Source: a virus
DNA length: 47,033 nt
Reading direction: 5' to 3' (one strand)
IMG/VR virus record: IMGVR_UViG_3300027985_000385
Coordinates: 1 to 47,033 of that record
The stretch's first letter is position 1. Each line of letters starts with the position of its first letter. Of this stretch, positions 29,834-39,131 are shown one piece after another. Made by a program: the position numbers and the translations under genes. The notes under the pieces were generated by a model. It was not told where the DNA came from. It worked only from the letters and a program-made list of their open reading frames with translations, and searched no databases.

Positions 29834-31150
29834 ATGCCTAACGACTTTGAAAAGAAATTTGAAGACCTTATCGACAGCGTTGGGAAGATGAACCAGCGTT
29901 TCGATGAGCTCAAAGGAAAAGCGGAAACTGAATCCGCAGAGTTCAAGTCTGAAACAGAGAAGGTACGCGAAGAAGTTACAAAGAAGGCAGAAGAGTTTGT
30001 TGCTGCCCGTACCGCTCACGAAGCAGAACTCAAGGGCCTGAAGGAAGATGTCGATGCGCTGCAACGAGAAATCCTTGAAGGTGCACGTAATGGCGAACAA
30101 AAGAACGACGCGCTTCATAAGCGTTATGATGAAGCGTTCGGAAAATATCTGAAGAAGGGCGTAGTAATTCCTCAGGAAGATGTTGAGCGTGTATGCATGG
30201 ATATCGTTCAGAAATCCATGTTCGGCGCTGATGAACAGCGCGTTATGACAGAAGCGAAGGCGCTTGTTGCAGGTTCTGACGCTGATGGCGGATTCTTCCT
30301 GACTACAGACAGATCTGGAAGAATTTCCCAGCGTATGTTTGAGACTTCTGCCATCCGTCCCCTTGCCGACGTTCAGTCTACCACCTCTGATGTTTTCGAG
30401 ATGGTTCTTGACGATGATGAACCTGATTCAGGTTGGGTTGGTGAAGTTCAGGCTCGACCAGATACCGGTAATGCAAAGGTTGGCGTCCTGAAGATCCCCG
30501 TACACGAACTGTATGCTCAGCCCAAGGCGTCTCAAAAGATGCTTGACGATAGCGGATTCGACATCGTTAGCTGGCACCAGGGCAAGGTTTCCAGCAAATT
30601 TGCACGAGATGAAAACGCAGCTTTCACAACTGGTGATGGCTCTCAGAAGCCTCGTGGCTTCCTTGCTTATCCGGCATGGTCTGTTGCAGGTACCTACGAG
30701 CGTAACGCTGTTGAGCAGATTACAACTGCTGGTTCTGGTGTAATTGCAGCAAACGACCTTCTGGACATGCAGTCTGCTCTCATTGAAGACTACCACGCTG
30801 CCGCACAGTGGGCAATGAACCGCCGTGCATTCTTTGAAGATGTGCTCGCACTCAAGGGAACTGACGGACACTTCCTGTTCAATCCCGTTCTTCTGCGCGA
30901 AGGTGGCGACCTGATGCTTCTTGGAAAGCGTGTGAATTTCTTCAACGACATGCCCGTAGTCGCTGCAAACGCACTCTCTGTGTGTCTAGCTGACTGGTCC
31001 GAGTTCTACACCATCGTAGACAGATTCGGCATCCGCGTTGTGCGTGACCCATACACTGAGAAGCCGTTCACGAAGTTCTACACCACGAAGCGCGTTGGTG
31101 GTGCGGTAACCAACTTTGAGGCAGGAAAGATCCTCAAAATCAAGGCATAA
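29834..31150 (+). CDS. Major capsid protein, HK97 family
   Basis: 438 aa. N-terminal coiled-coil delta-like domain. GAGGAG RBS. Follows the protease. Confidence 0.88.
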   Translation: MPNDFEKKFEDLIDSVGKMNQRFDELKGKAETESAEFKSETEKVREEVTKKAEEFVAARTAHEAELKGLKEDVDALQREILEGARNGEQKNDALHKRYDEAFGKYLKKGVVIPQEDVERVCMDIVQKSMFGADEQRVMTEAKALVAGSDADGGFFLTTDRSGRISQRMFETSAIRPLADVQSTTSDVFEMVLDDDEPDSGWVGEVQARPDTGNAKVGVLKIPVHELYAQPKASQKMLDDSGFDIVSWHQGKVSSKFARDENAAFTTGDGSQKPRGFLAYPAWSVAGTYERNAVEQITTAGSGVIAANDLLDMQSALIEDYHAAAQWAMNRRAFFEDVLALKGTDGHFLFNPVLLREGGDLMLLGKRVNFFNDMPVVAANALSVCLADWSEFYTIVDRFGIRVVRDPYTEKPFTKFYTTKRVGGAVTNFEAGKILKIKA

Positions 31151-31161
31151 GGAGAACTGAA

Positions 31162-31572
31162 ATGGCAGTACGCGATCAAGTATCGAAAATGGATAGCTTT
31201 CAGGCTCTTTATGAGGCTATCGCATCCGACACCACAACTGTTGGTGCAATTATTGACACTGCTCACTATGAGCTTGGCTTCTCCGCGTTCATCTCTGCCC
31301 CCGTGTGGACAGACGGAACATATACCCTCAAGCTCGAAGAATCTGATGACTCAGGTATGGCAGGCGCTGTTGATGTCCCTGCCGAAAAGCTTATCGGCTC
31401 TCTTCCCGCAGTTGGCGCTTTGACGGCAGACGGCGGAAAGCTTGGAAAGATCGGTGTGTTCTCAAACCTGCGATACGTACGAATATCAGTTGTCTCCACT
31501 GGTGTTACCACCGGTGCAACTGTGAACGTAGCGGTGGTTCAGCATAGCGAAGTTTGCCCTGACACTCTGTAA
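31162..31572 (+). CDS. Head-associated protein (decoration/cement candidate)
   Basis: 136 aa immediately after the capsid gene. AAGGAG RBS. Confidence 0.55.
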   Translation: MAVRDQVSKMDSFQALYEAIASDTTTVGAIIDTAHYELGFSAFISAPVWTDGTYTLKLEESDDSGMAGAVDVPAEKLIGSLPAVGALTADGGKLGKIGVFSNLRYVRISVVSTGVTTGATVNVAVVQHSEVCPDTL

Positions 31573-31577
31573 GCGAA

Positions 31578-31600
31578 ACGGGGGCTTCGGCCCCTGTCTT
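31578..31600 (+). terminator. Hairpin with TTCG tetraloop after the capsid genes (possible attenuator)
   Basis: ACGGGGGC-TTCG-GCCCCTGT, with a weak U-tract (TGTCTTGT). Confidence 0.45.
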
Positions 31601-31645
31601 GTCGGCGTGGCGGCTGGCAACTGATGAGCAGCCACTGGAGAAGTA

Positions 31646-31879
31646 ATGCGAGTCAAATTTATAAAAGACGGTCCGTTTGCAATAAATGGGCACAAAATTA
31701 TCAAGTTCGTGGTTGGAGATGTTGATGATATCTCAGAATCAGATGCTTCTGAACTAATTGAGTTTGGGTATGCAAAGGAAGATATACAAGGACATCAGGC
31801 TGTAGAACCTGAACACGTCGAATACGTAGCAGCAACTGAAGTCCCCAAGAAGCGCGGACGCAGGAAAAAGAATGGATAG
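31646..31879 (+). CDS. Hypothetical protein with a basic C-terminus
   Basis: 77 aa. GGAGAAG RBS. Confidence 0.55.
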   Translation: MRVKFIKDGPFAINGHKIIKFVVGDVDDISESDASELIEFGYAKEDIQGHQAVEPEHVEYVAATEVPKKRGRRKKNG

Positions 31880-32450
31880 GTACACCGTCACCACTCCACC
31901 TACTGAGCTTCCAGTCACGCTCAGTGCGGTGAAGGCTCTTCTGCGCATCACACATGACGCAGAGGACGCGCTACTCACATCGCTTATCTCCGTGGCTACA
32001 GATGCACTTGAAGCGTATACGAATCGCTGTTTCGTAACACGCACCATCAGGGGTGAGTTTGATGCTGTGCTGTGTTCTGGGCACGAAGTGTACCCGTTTA
32101 TAAAGCTGCGTCGATCTCCTGTTGGCGATATTTCGAGCGTGCAAGCTAGTTCTGACGGAGTGTTCGCAGACGTAACATACCAGTTGAAGCAGCAAAGTGG
32201 ATACTCGCGCATCCTCTTTCCATCTTCTTTCTCAACAGACGACACGCCTTTTCCTCTCCGTGCTGACTTCATAGCTGGATATGGAGATGCTGACGACGTT
32301 CCGGAAGGAATCAAGACGGCTATTCTACAGTATATCAACTTTCTGTACAGCAATCGTGGAGACTGCGCGCCTGAATGCGGACTTGGTCTCCCGATTGTTG
32401 TCCGTGCACTCATCGGACCATACAAGATTATCGACACATTTTCAGCATAG
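31872..32450 (+). CDS. Head-tail connector (gp6-like)
   Basis: ...VKALLRITHDAEDALLTSLISVATDALEAYTNRCF... is typical of gp6-like connectors. Confidence 0.7.
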   Translation: MDRYTVTTPPTELPVTLSAVKALLRITHDAEDALLTSLISVATDALEAYTNRCFVTRTIRGEFDAVLCSGHEVYPFIKLRRSPVGDISSVQASSDGVFADVTYQLKQQSGYSRILFPSSFSTDDTPFPLRADFIAGYGDADDVPEGIKTAILQYINFLYSNRGDCAPECGLGLPIVVRALIGPYKIIDTFSA

Positions 32451-32457
32451 GTGACCA

Positions 32458-32865
32458 ATGGCTTGCAAGCGAGTAAATATCCCACGGTACAAGGTCTGTT
32501 CAGGAGACCTAGACAAGTACGTCGCATTGCAGTCCCGCCAGCTTGTTGAGCCGTCACCGGGGCAGGCTGAGGCAGTTGAAGCGTTCGTTACAATCAAGAG
32601 CGTATGGGCGGCGATTGACAACGAAAGTGCTGCAATCAAGGGGATAGCTCAGTTTGACGATGTGAATATAGAAAACATCCCAACTCATCAGTTCTACATT
32701 CGATACGACCAAAGCCTTGATCTTGAAGTTGGAGAAAATTTCTTCTTGTATGACAGTAGGCTTTTCCGTGTTCTAAGTGTGAAAAACTCGAATGAGAACA
32801 GCGATATTCTTGTTGTACGCGTCCGTGAAACAGGAAAATACGACAGGTCAGCGGCTACAGCATGA
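32458..32865 (+). CDS. Head-tail joining / adaptor protein
   Basis: Position and size (135 aa). Motif VTIKSVWAAI. Confidence 0.6.
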   Translation: MACKRVNIPRYKVCSGDLDKYVALQSRQLVEPSPGQAEAVEAFVTIKSVWAAIDNESAAIKGIAQFDDVNIENIPTHQFYIRYDQSLDLEVGENFFLYDSRLFRVLSVKNSNENSDILVVRVRETGKYDRSAATA

Positions 32866-33299
32866 TTGAGATAAAGACCACATCACAGACTAGGCAAGTG
32901 TTGCTGAACATCCAAGGTATGGGACGAAAGTTCCACCAGGGGCTATACATCGCCCTTGCTGAGATTGGTGATGAGTTTGTACGTGAAGAAATAAGGCTTG
33001 AGAAGCGCAGAGACAAGACTGGACGTCTGTACTATTCACGCGGTGGACTGCGCCGCGCATCAGCACCAAACGAGGTGCCAGCGTTGAGAACTGGACGCCT
33101 TGCTGCAAGCACCGGAAAGAGAGTACATAGCCCGCTGTTCATGACGTTTGGGCAGGAGGAGGAGTACGCCAAATTCCTTGCTGAAGGAACTCGCAAGATG
33201 TCCCCACGTGCGAACCTGCGTCAGGCTGTGCAGAACAAGGCTGGGTTTGCTGGGCTTGTCATCATGGACATGGTGAATAGAGAGGCAAAGCTTAAGTGA
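32862..33299 (+). CDS. HK97 gp10-like neck/tail-completion protein
   Basis: ...APNEVPALRTGRLAAS... motif. ATGA overlap. Confidence 0.6.
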   Translation: MIEIKTTSQTRQVLLNIQGMGRKFHQGLYIALAEIGDEFVREEIRLEKRRDKTGRLYYSRGGLRRASAPNEVPALRTGRLAASTGKRVHSPLFMTFGQEEEYAKFLAEGTRKMSPRANLRQAVQNKAGFAGLVIMDMVNREAKLK

Positions 33300-34414
33300 T
33301 TACCCCAAGTCAGATAGTAACGCACCTTGGGCGGTATCTCCCACGCCTTACAGGGCTGTTCAACGACACTCTATCCGCTTCTGCATCTGTGTCCGGCTCT
33401 ACTCTCACGGTGACAACGACAACAGCACACGGTCTTTCTGCTGGTAGTAACATCACGATCTCTGCAGCCCGTGTCATCGTTCCGATTGTTGGAGCTGTAG
33501 TCAACGGTGACAACATCATATTCGAGACGTCAGTTGACCACGACCTGACAGAACCTCGACAGGTTAACGACATGGGCCAGATAACGCTGGCAGGATTCAC
33601 GGATGCGGAGTGGAATACGGCCCACGAATTGCTTGCTGTACCAAACCGCCTGAATTTTGAGGTAGCAATTCCTGACGTTGTCGGCCTGACGCTGAACGGA
33701 AACGAGACACTGCGTGTTGAGCGTTCTGTCTCAGTTCTTGGCATCGTGCAGGTTGCAAGCGTCATCGACACCACAAGCTTCACGGTAACGATTCCAAGTA
33801 GTGTTCCTAGCTTGGACACGTTATCACTCGATGATCTAAGTGTTGTTACTAGTGTCCGTGTTGTTGGAGTTTCAACGCTGGAGCGTGCTGAAGAGATCTA
33901 TACGAAGAGGGGAGCTAACAAGCTCTGGTGTTTCGTGATGATGACGGACACCGACATATCGAAGGACCGACACAGCATAAACGATGGAACAGCATCATTC
34001 TCTATGCAGGATGAAATGCGCCTGCGCAATCTAAATCACTTCTCGACAATCGTTTACATGCCGTCGAGTGACAGTTTGGCCGGTGCATCACGTCAGGAGC
34101 TTGCATATGGAGATGTGTATACGGCTCTGCTTGGATGCCTATATGGATATACAGGATTCAATTCCATAGAGAGTGGGACAAAGTTTGCTGTTGTTGCTGG
34201 TGGGCATGGCCCGGGTAAATACACACCAGCATACTACACACACGTTTATGATTGGGAACTCCCGCAGGATGTCACGGCAGACAACGGATTTAGCTACTAT
34301 GAATCTGTAGCGTTCCGTGATATGTATATGTCGCTTCCTATGAATACTGTTGACAACGCCGAGCGGTACACCTTGGCGATAAACTTGGATGATGAACCTA
34401 TCTCAGGAGACTAA
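33296..34414 (+). CDS. Virion structural protein, function unknown (GTG start)
   Basis: 372-aa ORF between the neck and sheath genes. GTGA overlap. Confidence 0.6.
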   Translation: MITPSQIVTHLGRYLPRLTGLFNDTLSASASVSGSTLTVTTTTAHGLSAGSNITISAARVIVPIVGAVVNGDNIIFETSVDHDLTEPRQVNDMGQITLAGFTDAEWNTAHELLAVPNRLNFEVAIPDVVGLTLNGNETLRVERSVSVLGIVQVASVIDTTSFTVTIPSSVPSLDTLSLDDLSVVTSVRVVGVSTLERAEEIYTKRGANKLWCFVMMTDTDISKDRHSINDGTASFSMQDEMRLRNLNHFSTIVYMPSSDSLAGASRQELAYGDVYTALLGCLYGYTGFNSIESGTKFAVVAGGHGPGKYTPAYYTHVYDWELPQDVTADNGFSYYESVAFRDMYMSLPMNTVDNAERYTLAINLDDEPISGD

Positions 34415-34415
34415 C

Positions 34416-34601
34416 ATGCAAAAGGCAACGTATGAGAACAAAAGCCTTGTGAGTATCCATGGCGTCAAGCCTGGTTCTACTTTCGAGGTCGCAGTTGATG
34501 CAGAAGGTGTGCCGCTTGAAAAGAGGTGGCGTGACCGCCTGCGAGATGCTGCAGTTGATGGCGCGATTGTGCGCGTAGACAGGAAAGGAGGTAAGAAGTA
34601 A
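34416..34601 (+). CDS. DUF2635-like small protein (Mu gp38 position)
   Basis: AGGAG lies 6 nt before ATG 34416. ...EGVPLEKRWRDRLRDAAVDGAIVRV. Directly upstream of the sheath gene. Confidence 0.6.
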   Translation: MQKATYENKSLVSIHGVKPGSTFEVAVDAEGVPLEKRWRDRLRDAAVDGAIVRVDRKGGKK

Positions 34602-36184
34602 TGGCAGGCACGACTTCTAATCCGAAAGTCACCATTCAGCTTCGCGAAGCCGCCCTTGTCGATGCGTACGAAGACCGCAGAGACTTGATTGTCGGTCAGC
34701 TTGGCAGTGGTGCTACTGCTGTGTCAGGTTCTCTGGTACAGGATATGCAACGCGAGACTTCCGCGAATTTGCGTACCCAGTTCGGATCTGGTGAACTGTA
34801 TCACAGAATTCTTGCATGGCAGACTGCAAACGGTGGGTATTCTCCACTGCACGTAATCGGACTGACTGCCGATGGCGGAGCAACTGCTGCGACAGCAAAC
34901 ATTGCCTTCACAGGCACTGCTACAGGATCTGGGACGATTACCGTTGCAGTAGCTGATGAGCGCAAGTTTTCCGTAAGCGTTAGCGTTGCAATTGGCGACA
35001 CTGCCGCAGAAGTATCTGATGCAGTCAAGGCTGCTTTCGACGCGCTGACGAACTATCCAGTTTTCACTTCCGTATCGTCCACCGGGACAATCACTTTCAC
35101 CGCATCTGATGTTGGGACCATTGGCAACTACTACGGTATCAAGGCCGGTGGTGTTGTCGCAGGAATCTCATACGTAGTGACAGGTTGGTCTGGTGGAGCA
35201 ACTGACCCAAGCGTAACTAGCATCTTTGACCCCATTGACGGTCTGCGTTACACCGGTATCAACTGGCCTGAATTCTGGGGTGTCAGCCTGAGCACGGTAA
35301 CAGACCTGCTTGATGCTAGGTTCAACGTCTCCAATGACATTCAGGATGGAACGGCATTCCATGGCCACAGCGATACCCTTGCAAACCTCAAGACATATGT
35401 GTCTACGCTGAACACGCAGACGCTCGTGGTCATGGGTAACAACAAGGTGTCGCTAACTCTCCAGAAGGGCCCGGCAATCCTGTCCAGCCCGTCTTGGGAC
35501 TCAGCATACTTCCAAGGAGTGCGCGCGCGTCGCCTGACTCCTGATGCCCCTATCTCTGACTACATCGTAGCTCAGGGTGGACCTCTGGACGCTCTTGGCG
35601 GACCACATACCGCATCCCTGCCCTACTTCAACACCCCGATGGCGCTGACACAGGTAACGCTTCCAACTAACCTGTTCAGCAATCTCGACCAGTCCGAACT
35701 TGAAGACGAAGGTGTGAGCACGTACGGCGTAAACAGCGCCATCAATACGATGATCACTGGCCCTGTAGTGACCACACGCACTACCGATGATGCAGGGAAT
35801 GAGAATGACAGCTTCCACTACCTGAACTTCGTTGATACTGGCTCAATCTGCCGGGAAATCTTCTTCCGCAACCTGAAGTCTACGTTTGCACAGACCCGTC
35901 TCACTGAGGGGGATGTGGTTCGCGGATACAGCATGGCGAACGAAGATACAATCCGTGCAGAGCTTCTGCGCATCTACCGCGTACTTGCAAATATCGCACT
36001 TGTTCAGGCTGGTAGCGAGGCAGAGCAGTACTTCAGTACCAACACCAATATCACGATCAATCTCGCAACACGGAGTGCAACAATAGACTCCCTGCTGCCC
36101 ATCGTGACACAGCTTGGTACGATCAACTATGTTCTGACGCTTCAGTTCACCATCAGCAGCACCGGCACACAGACCGTGTTCTAA
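34601..36184 (+). CDS. Tail sheath protein
   Basis: 527 aa, directly upstream of the tube, chaperone and tape-measure genes. Confidence 0.72.
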   Translation: MAGTTSNPKVTIQLREAALVDAYEDRRDLIVGQLGSGATAVSGSLVQDMQRETSANLRTQFGSGELYHRILAWQTANGGYSPLHVIGLTADGGATAATANIAFTGTATGSGTITVAVADERKFSVSVSVAIGDTAAEVSDAVKAAFDALTNYPVFTSVSSTGTITFTASDVGTIGNYYGIKAGGVVAGISYVVTGWSGGATDPSVTSIFDPIDGLRYTGINWPEFWGVSLSTVTDLLDARFNVSNDIQDGTAFHGHSDTLANLKTYVSTLNTQTLVVMGNNKVSLTLQKGPAILSSPSWDSAYFQGVRARRLTPDAPISDYIVAQGGPLDALGGPHTASLPYFNTPMALTQVTLPTNLFSNLDQSELEDEGVSTYGVNSAINTMITGPVVTTRTTDDAGNENDSFHYLNFVDTGSICREIFFRNLKSTFAQTRLTEGDVVRGYSMANEDTIRAELLRIYRVLANIALVQAGSEAEQYFSTNTNITINLATRSATIDSLLPIVTQLGTINYVLTLQFTISSTGTQTVF

Positions 36185-36195
36185 GGGGGTAAGTG

Positions 36196-36600
36196 ATGTC
36201 TTTCAAAAGGATCAGTGTTCCCCAGATTGTTATCAATGACGAGGTTTGGAGAATCGTTCCCAACTCGTTTGTGTACGATGCTGGTGAGGCTGAAATCAAC
36301 GTTGTTGCCGCATCTACTGGCGGCGGTGGTATTGAGTCCGTACACAGTGAAAACGTGGAAAACGCGGTTTCTTCGTGCAAGTTCGACATTTTCCTGACTC
36401 AGGAAACTGATGGATACATTGCAGATTGGAAATCGAACGTTGCAGGTAACGTCATCAAGGTTCAGGAGCGCAATCCTAACGGTGCGAACTTTGTTCGCAC
36501 ATTCCCTGGCATGTCTCTCGTTCCTAAAATCGAGCGCAACGCGTCCGCAGACGGCGTTACCTCGCTTGAGTGGATGGGCGACCAGATGGTCCTTGGTTAA
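36196..36600 (+). CDS. Tail tube protein
   Basis: 134 aa. AAGGGGG lies 6 nt before ATG 36196. Assigned by position. Confidence 0.65.
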   Translation: MSFKRISVPQIVINDEVWRIVPNSFVYDAGEAEINVVAASTGGGGIESVHSENVENAVSSCKFDIFLTQETDGYIADWKSNVAGNVIKVQERNPNGANFVRTFPGMSLVPKIERNASADGVTSLEWMGDQMVLG

Positions 36601-36620
36601 CCTAAAAAAAGGAAAAAAAG

Positions 36621-37151
36621 ATGGCAGTCGAAAACGGAAGCACTGAGTACACAATTTCTACTCCGTTTGCGTACTACTCAAAGGAACAGTCGGGTGAGAT
36701 TCTGGCGTCTCACCTTGTCATGTATGAACCTGCGTACGAGCACAGTAAGTACGCGTACAAGATTCAACAGCGCATCACCCGACTCTTGATGGAAATCAAA
36801 GAGCGTCAGGGTGAAATGAATGATGCGTCTGCTGGTGAAGAAGTGAAGGCTATGCACGAAGAAGCAAAGTCTATCGAGGAAAACGCTGATGGGCTTGCAG
36901 AGGCTATCGGCATCGGACTGATGATGAGCGAAAAGGTTGACATGTCTGAATTCGTCGAACTTTGGTCCGACATGGTAACGGCTCCTTCAGAACGACAGAT
37001 TGTGCTTATTGACGGGCATATACCTCTCAACAATGTCACACTCAAGCGCATGAACCCCAACGATGTACTCGGTGCTGCCGTGAGGTGGGCTGCTTTTTTC
37101 GGTATGCCGTCGTGGATGCAGAACAGCGCATCCGCAGGGCGGTCCGTATAG
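36621..37151 (+). CDS. Tail assembly chaperone (zero-frame product)
   Basis: 176 aa between the tube and tape-measure genes. Contains a slippery site near its 3' end. Confidence 0.72.
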   Translation: MAVENGSTEYTISTPFAYYSKEQSGEILASHLVMYEPAYEHSKYAYKIQQRITRLLMEIKERQGEMNDASAGEEVKAMHEEAKSIEENADGLAEAIGIGLMMSEKVDMSEFVELWSDMVTAPSERQIVLIDGHIPLNNVTLKRMNPNDVLGAAVRWAAFFGMPSWMQNSASAGRSV

Positions 37152-37291
37152 CGCACGCCTCCGATGGTGCTATCAGTTACGGTGAGGCGCTTGGTATGTC
37201 AGAGTACCAAGCGTCCGTCGTAGCCTCGGAAATAGAAGAGATATCACGAGAACAAAAGCGCGAGATGCGGAAGGCAAAGAATGGCTTTTAG
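36621..37291 (+). CDS. Tail assembly chaperone, -1 frameshift-extended product
   Basis: Slip at T_TTT_TTC (37094-37100) joins ...AVRWAAFF to RYAVVDAEQ... (frame of track ORF 37085..37291). Ends inside the tape-measure start region. Confidence 0.6.
37094..37100 (+). promoter_or_regulatory. Programmed -1 ribosomal frameshift slippery heptamer
   Basis: X_XXY_YYZ = T_TTT_TTC in the zero frame of 36621..37151. Confidence 0.6.
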
Positions 37292-39131
37292 CGTACAATA
37301 CGACTTCCGAGTCCTTGATAGGTTCTCAGGGCCGCTTGAAAAGATGAACCGAGCACTTGCCAAGCAGCAGCAGGCAATGAAGAGCGTCAGTTCATCTATG
37401 CAGAACATGTCTCAGCGCATGGAACGCGCAGGCGCTGTTATGGCGAACTTTCGTACCGCAGCTGGTACGGCTGGTGCTGTGATGGCCCTGCGCGATCTTA
37501 TTGGAGTCTCACAAAACTTTGAATACGCACTCAATAAGGTAGAGGCTGTCACTGGTTCAAATACAGACCAGATGCAGGCTATGCGTGATCAGGCAAAGAT
37601 GCTTGGCGCTACAACGCAGTTCTCAGCCGTGCAGGCTGCAGACGCAATGACATACCTTGGTATGGCTGGATTGAAGGCAAACGACATCATGTCAGTAATG
37701 CCGGGCATGCTCGACCTTGCAGCAGCGGGTGACTTGCAGCTTGCAGATGCAGCCGATATTGCTACAAACGTGCTAGCGATGTTCGGGATGGAGTTGACAC
37801 AGATCGGGCATTTGTCCGACGTGCTGGCAAAGGCCGCAGCTAACTCGAACACAAACGTCTACGAACTTTCTGAAGCTATCAAGAATGCTGGCTCAACTGC
37901 ACATTTGGCTGGGCTTAGTGTAGAGCAAACTACAGCAGCTCTTATGCTCATGGCGAACATGGGTATCAAGGGAGGAGAGGCTGGTACTCAGTTGATGAAC
38001 GCCCTGCGTGCTATCACTGCAATGACTCCAAAAGCCTCAAAGGCTCTGACAAAGCTTGGAATTGATCCAAAGAAGCTTCTCGATAGCACAGGTAAGATAA
38101 AAGACTTCGACGGCATTGTAAGACAACTCGCAGACAAGGGCGCGACGCTTGGTGAGATGTTCAAGATATTCGATATCCGTGGTGCGAAGGCTATGGCTGT
38201 GCTCAAGCAGTCCGGTGATAAGAAGCTGTCAGAATTCACTAAGATGCTTGAGAATGCTGATGGAACTGGAAAGAAGATGGCAGAAACGCTAATGCAGGGA
38301 TTGCCCGGAGCCATCAAAAGATTTGACTCTGCCCTTGAGGGTGTGAAGCTTACTATGAGCGACTCTATAAAGGGCGCTCTGGCTCCACTACTTGAAGGTT
38401 TTGCTTCAATGATGGGGTTCATCCAACAGAAAGCACCTTGGATACTCAATATGGCTACATACTTCCTAACGCTTGTTGCCGTTCTTGGCACCCTAACAGT
38501 CGTGATAGGCGTTGCTCTATCGCTATTCTCAGCATTCGCACTGCTTGCATCATTCATCACAGCGCCAATGCTTGCTATAGGAGCAGCGGTTGCAGCTGTT
38601 GCAGGTGCTTTCGCATACTGGTCTAATTCTGGTCATCCTGTGATCGAAATGATTAAGGAGATTGGTTCTATAGTATGGGACGCCTTTGCAGCAGTTGGAG
38701 AACTTTTTGGAGCTTTCGATGCTGGGACCAAGATAACAGATGTTTTGGCATGGATTCTCAACAAGCTTGGTAGTGCAATAAAACTCATTCTTGTTCCTAT
38801 CAAGGCCATGGCTCTCATATTCAGGGGGCTTGTCGAGACAATTGCCGCACTGCTGTCACTTGATTTTGGAAAGCTTGGCTCAATTTTTGGAAAACTTGCC
38901 GGTGGATTCGGCGGACTAGCTGGTGATGCATTCAGTGCCGTCAAGGACTTCGTTGGGATTGGTAGTTCATCTGGTTCTACCGCCAAGGAAGCCTCACAGC
39001 AAAAGTCTGCAGTAACTGCAAGCAACAATCAGGTGCAAGCAAACATCAACCTTCGCGCAGGTGCTGGGACAAATGTAGCCGTAGCAGAACCTGACCTCAA
39101 TACAGGAGGAAACGTTGCCCTCGCGAATTAG
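37281..39131 (+). CDS. Tape measure protein
   Basis: 616 aa. Ala/Gly/Leu-rich helical protein with central hydrophobic segments. Canonical position. Confidence 0.88.
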   Translation: MAFSVQYDFRVLDRFSGPLEKMNRALAKQQQAMKSVSSSMQNMSQRMERAGAVMANFRTAAGTAGAVMALRDLIGVSQNFEYALNKVEAVTGSNTDQMQAMRDQAKMLGATTQFSAVQAADAMTYLGMAGLKANDIMSVMPGMLDLAAAGDLQLADAADIATNVLAMFGMELTQIGHLSDVLAKAAANSNTNVYELSEAIKNAGSTAHLAGLSVEQTTAALMLMANMGIKGGEAGTQLMNALRAITAMTPKASKALTKLGIDPKKLLDSTGKIKDFDGIVRQLADKGATLGEMFKIFDIRGAKAMAVLKQSGDKKLSEFTKMLENADGTGKKMAETLMQGLPGAIKRFDSALEGVKLTMSDSIKGALAPLLEGFASMMGFIQQKAPWILNMATYFLTLVAVLGTLTVVIGVALSLFSAFALLASFITAPMLAIGAAVAAVAGAFAYWSNSGHPVIEMIKEIGSIVWDAFAAVGELFGAFDAGTKITDVLAWILNKLGSAIKLILVPIKAMALIFRGLVETIAALLSLDFGKLGSIFGKLAGGFGGLAGDAFSAVKDFVGIGSSSGSTAKEASQQKSAVTASNNQVQANINLRAGAGTNVAVAEPDLNTGGNVALAN

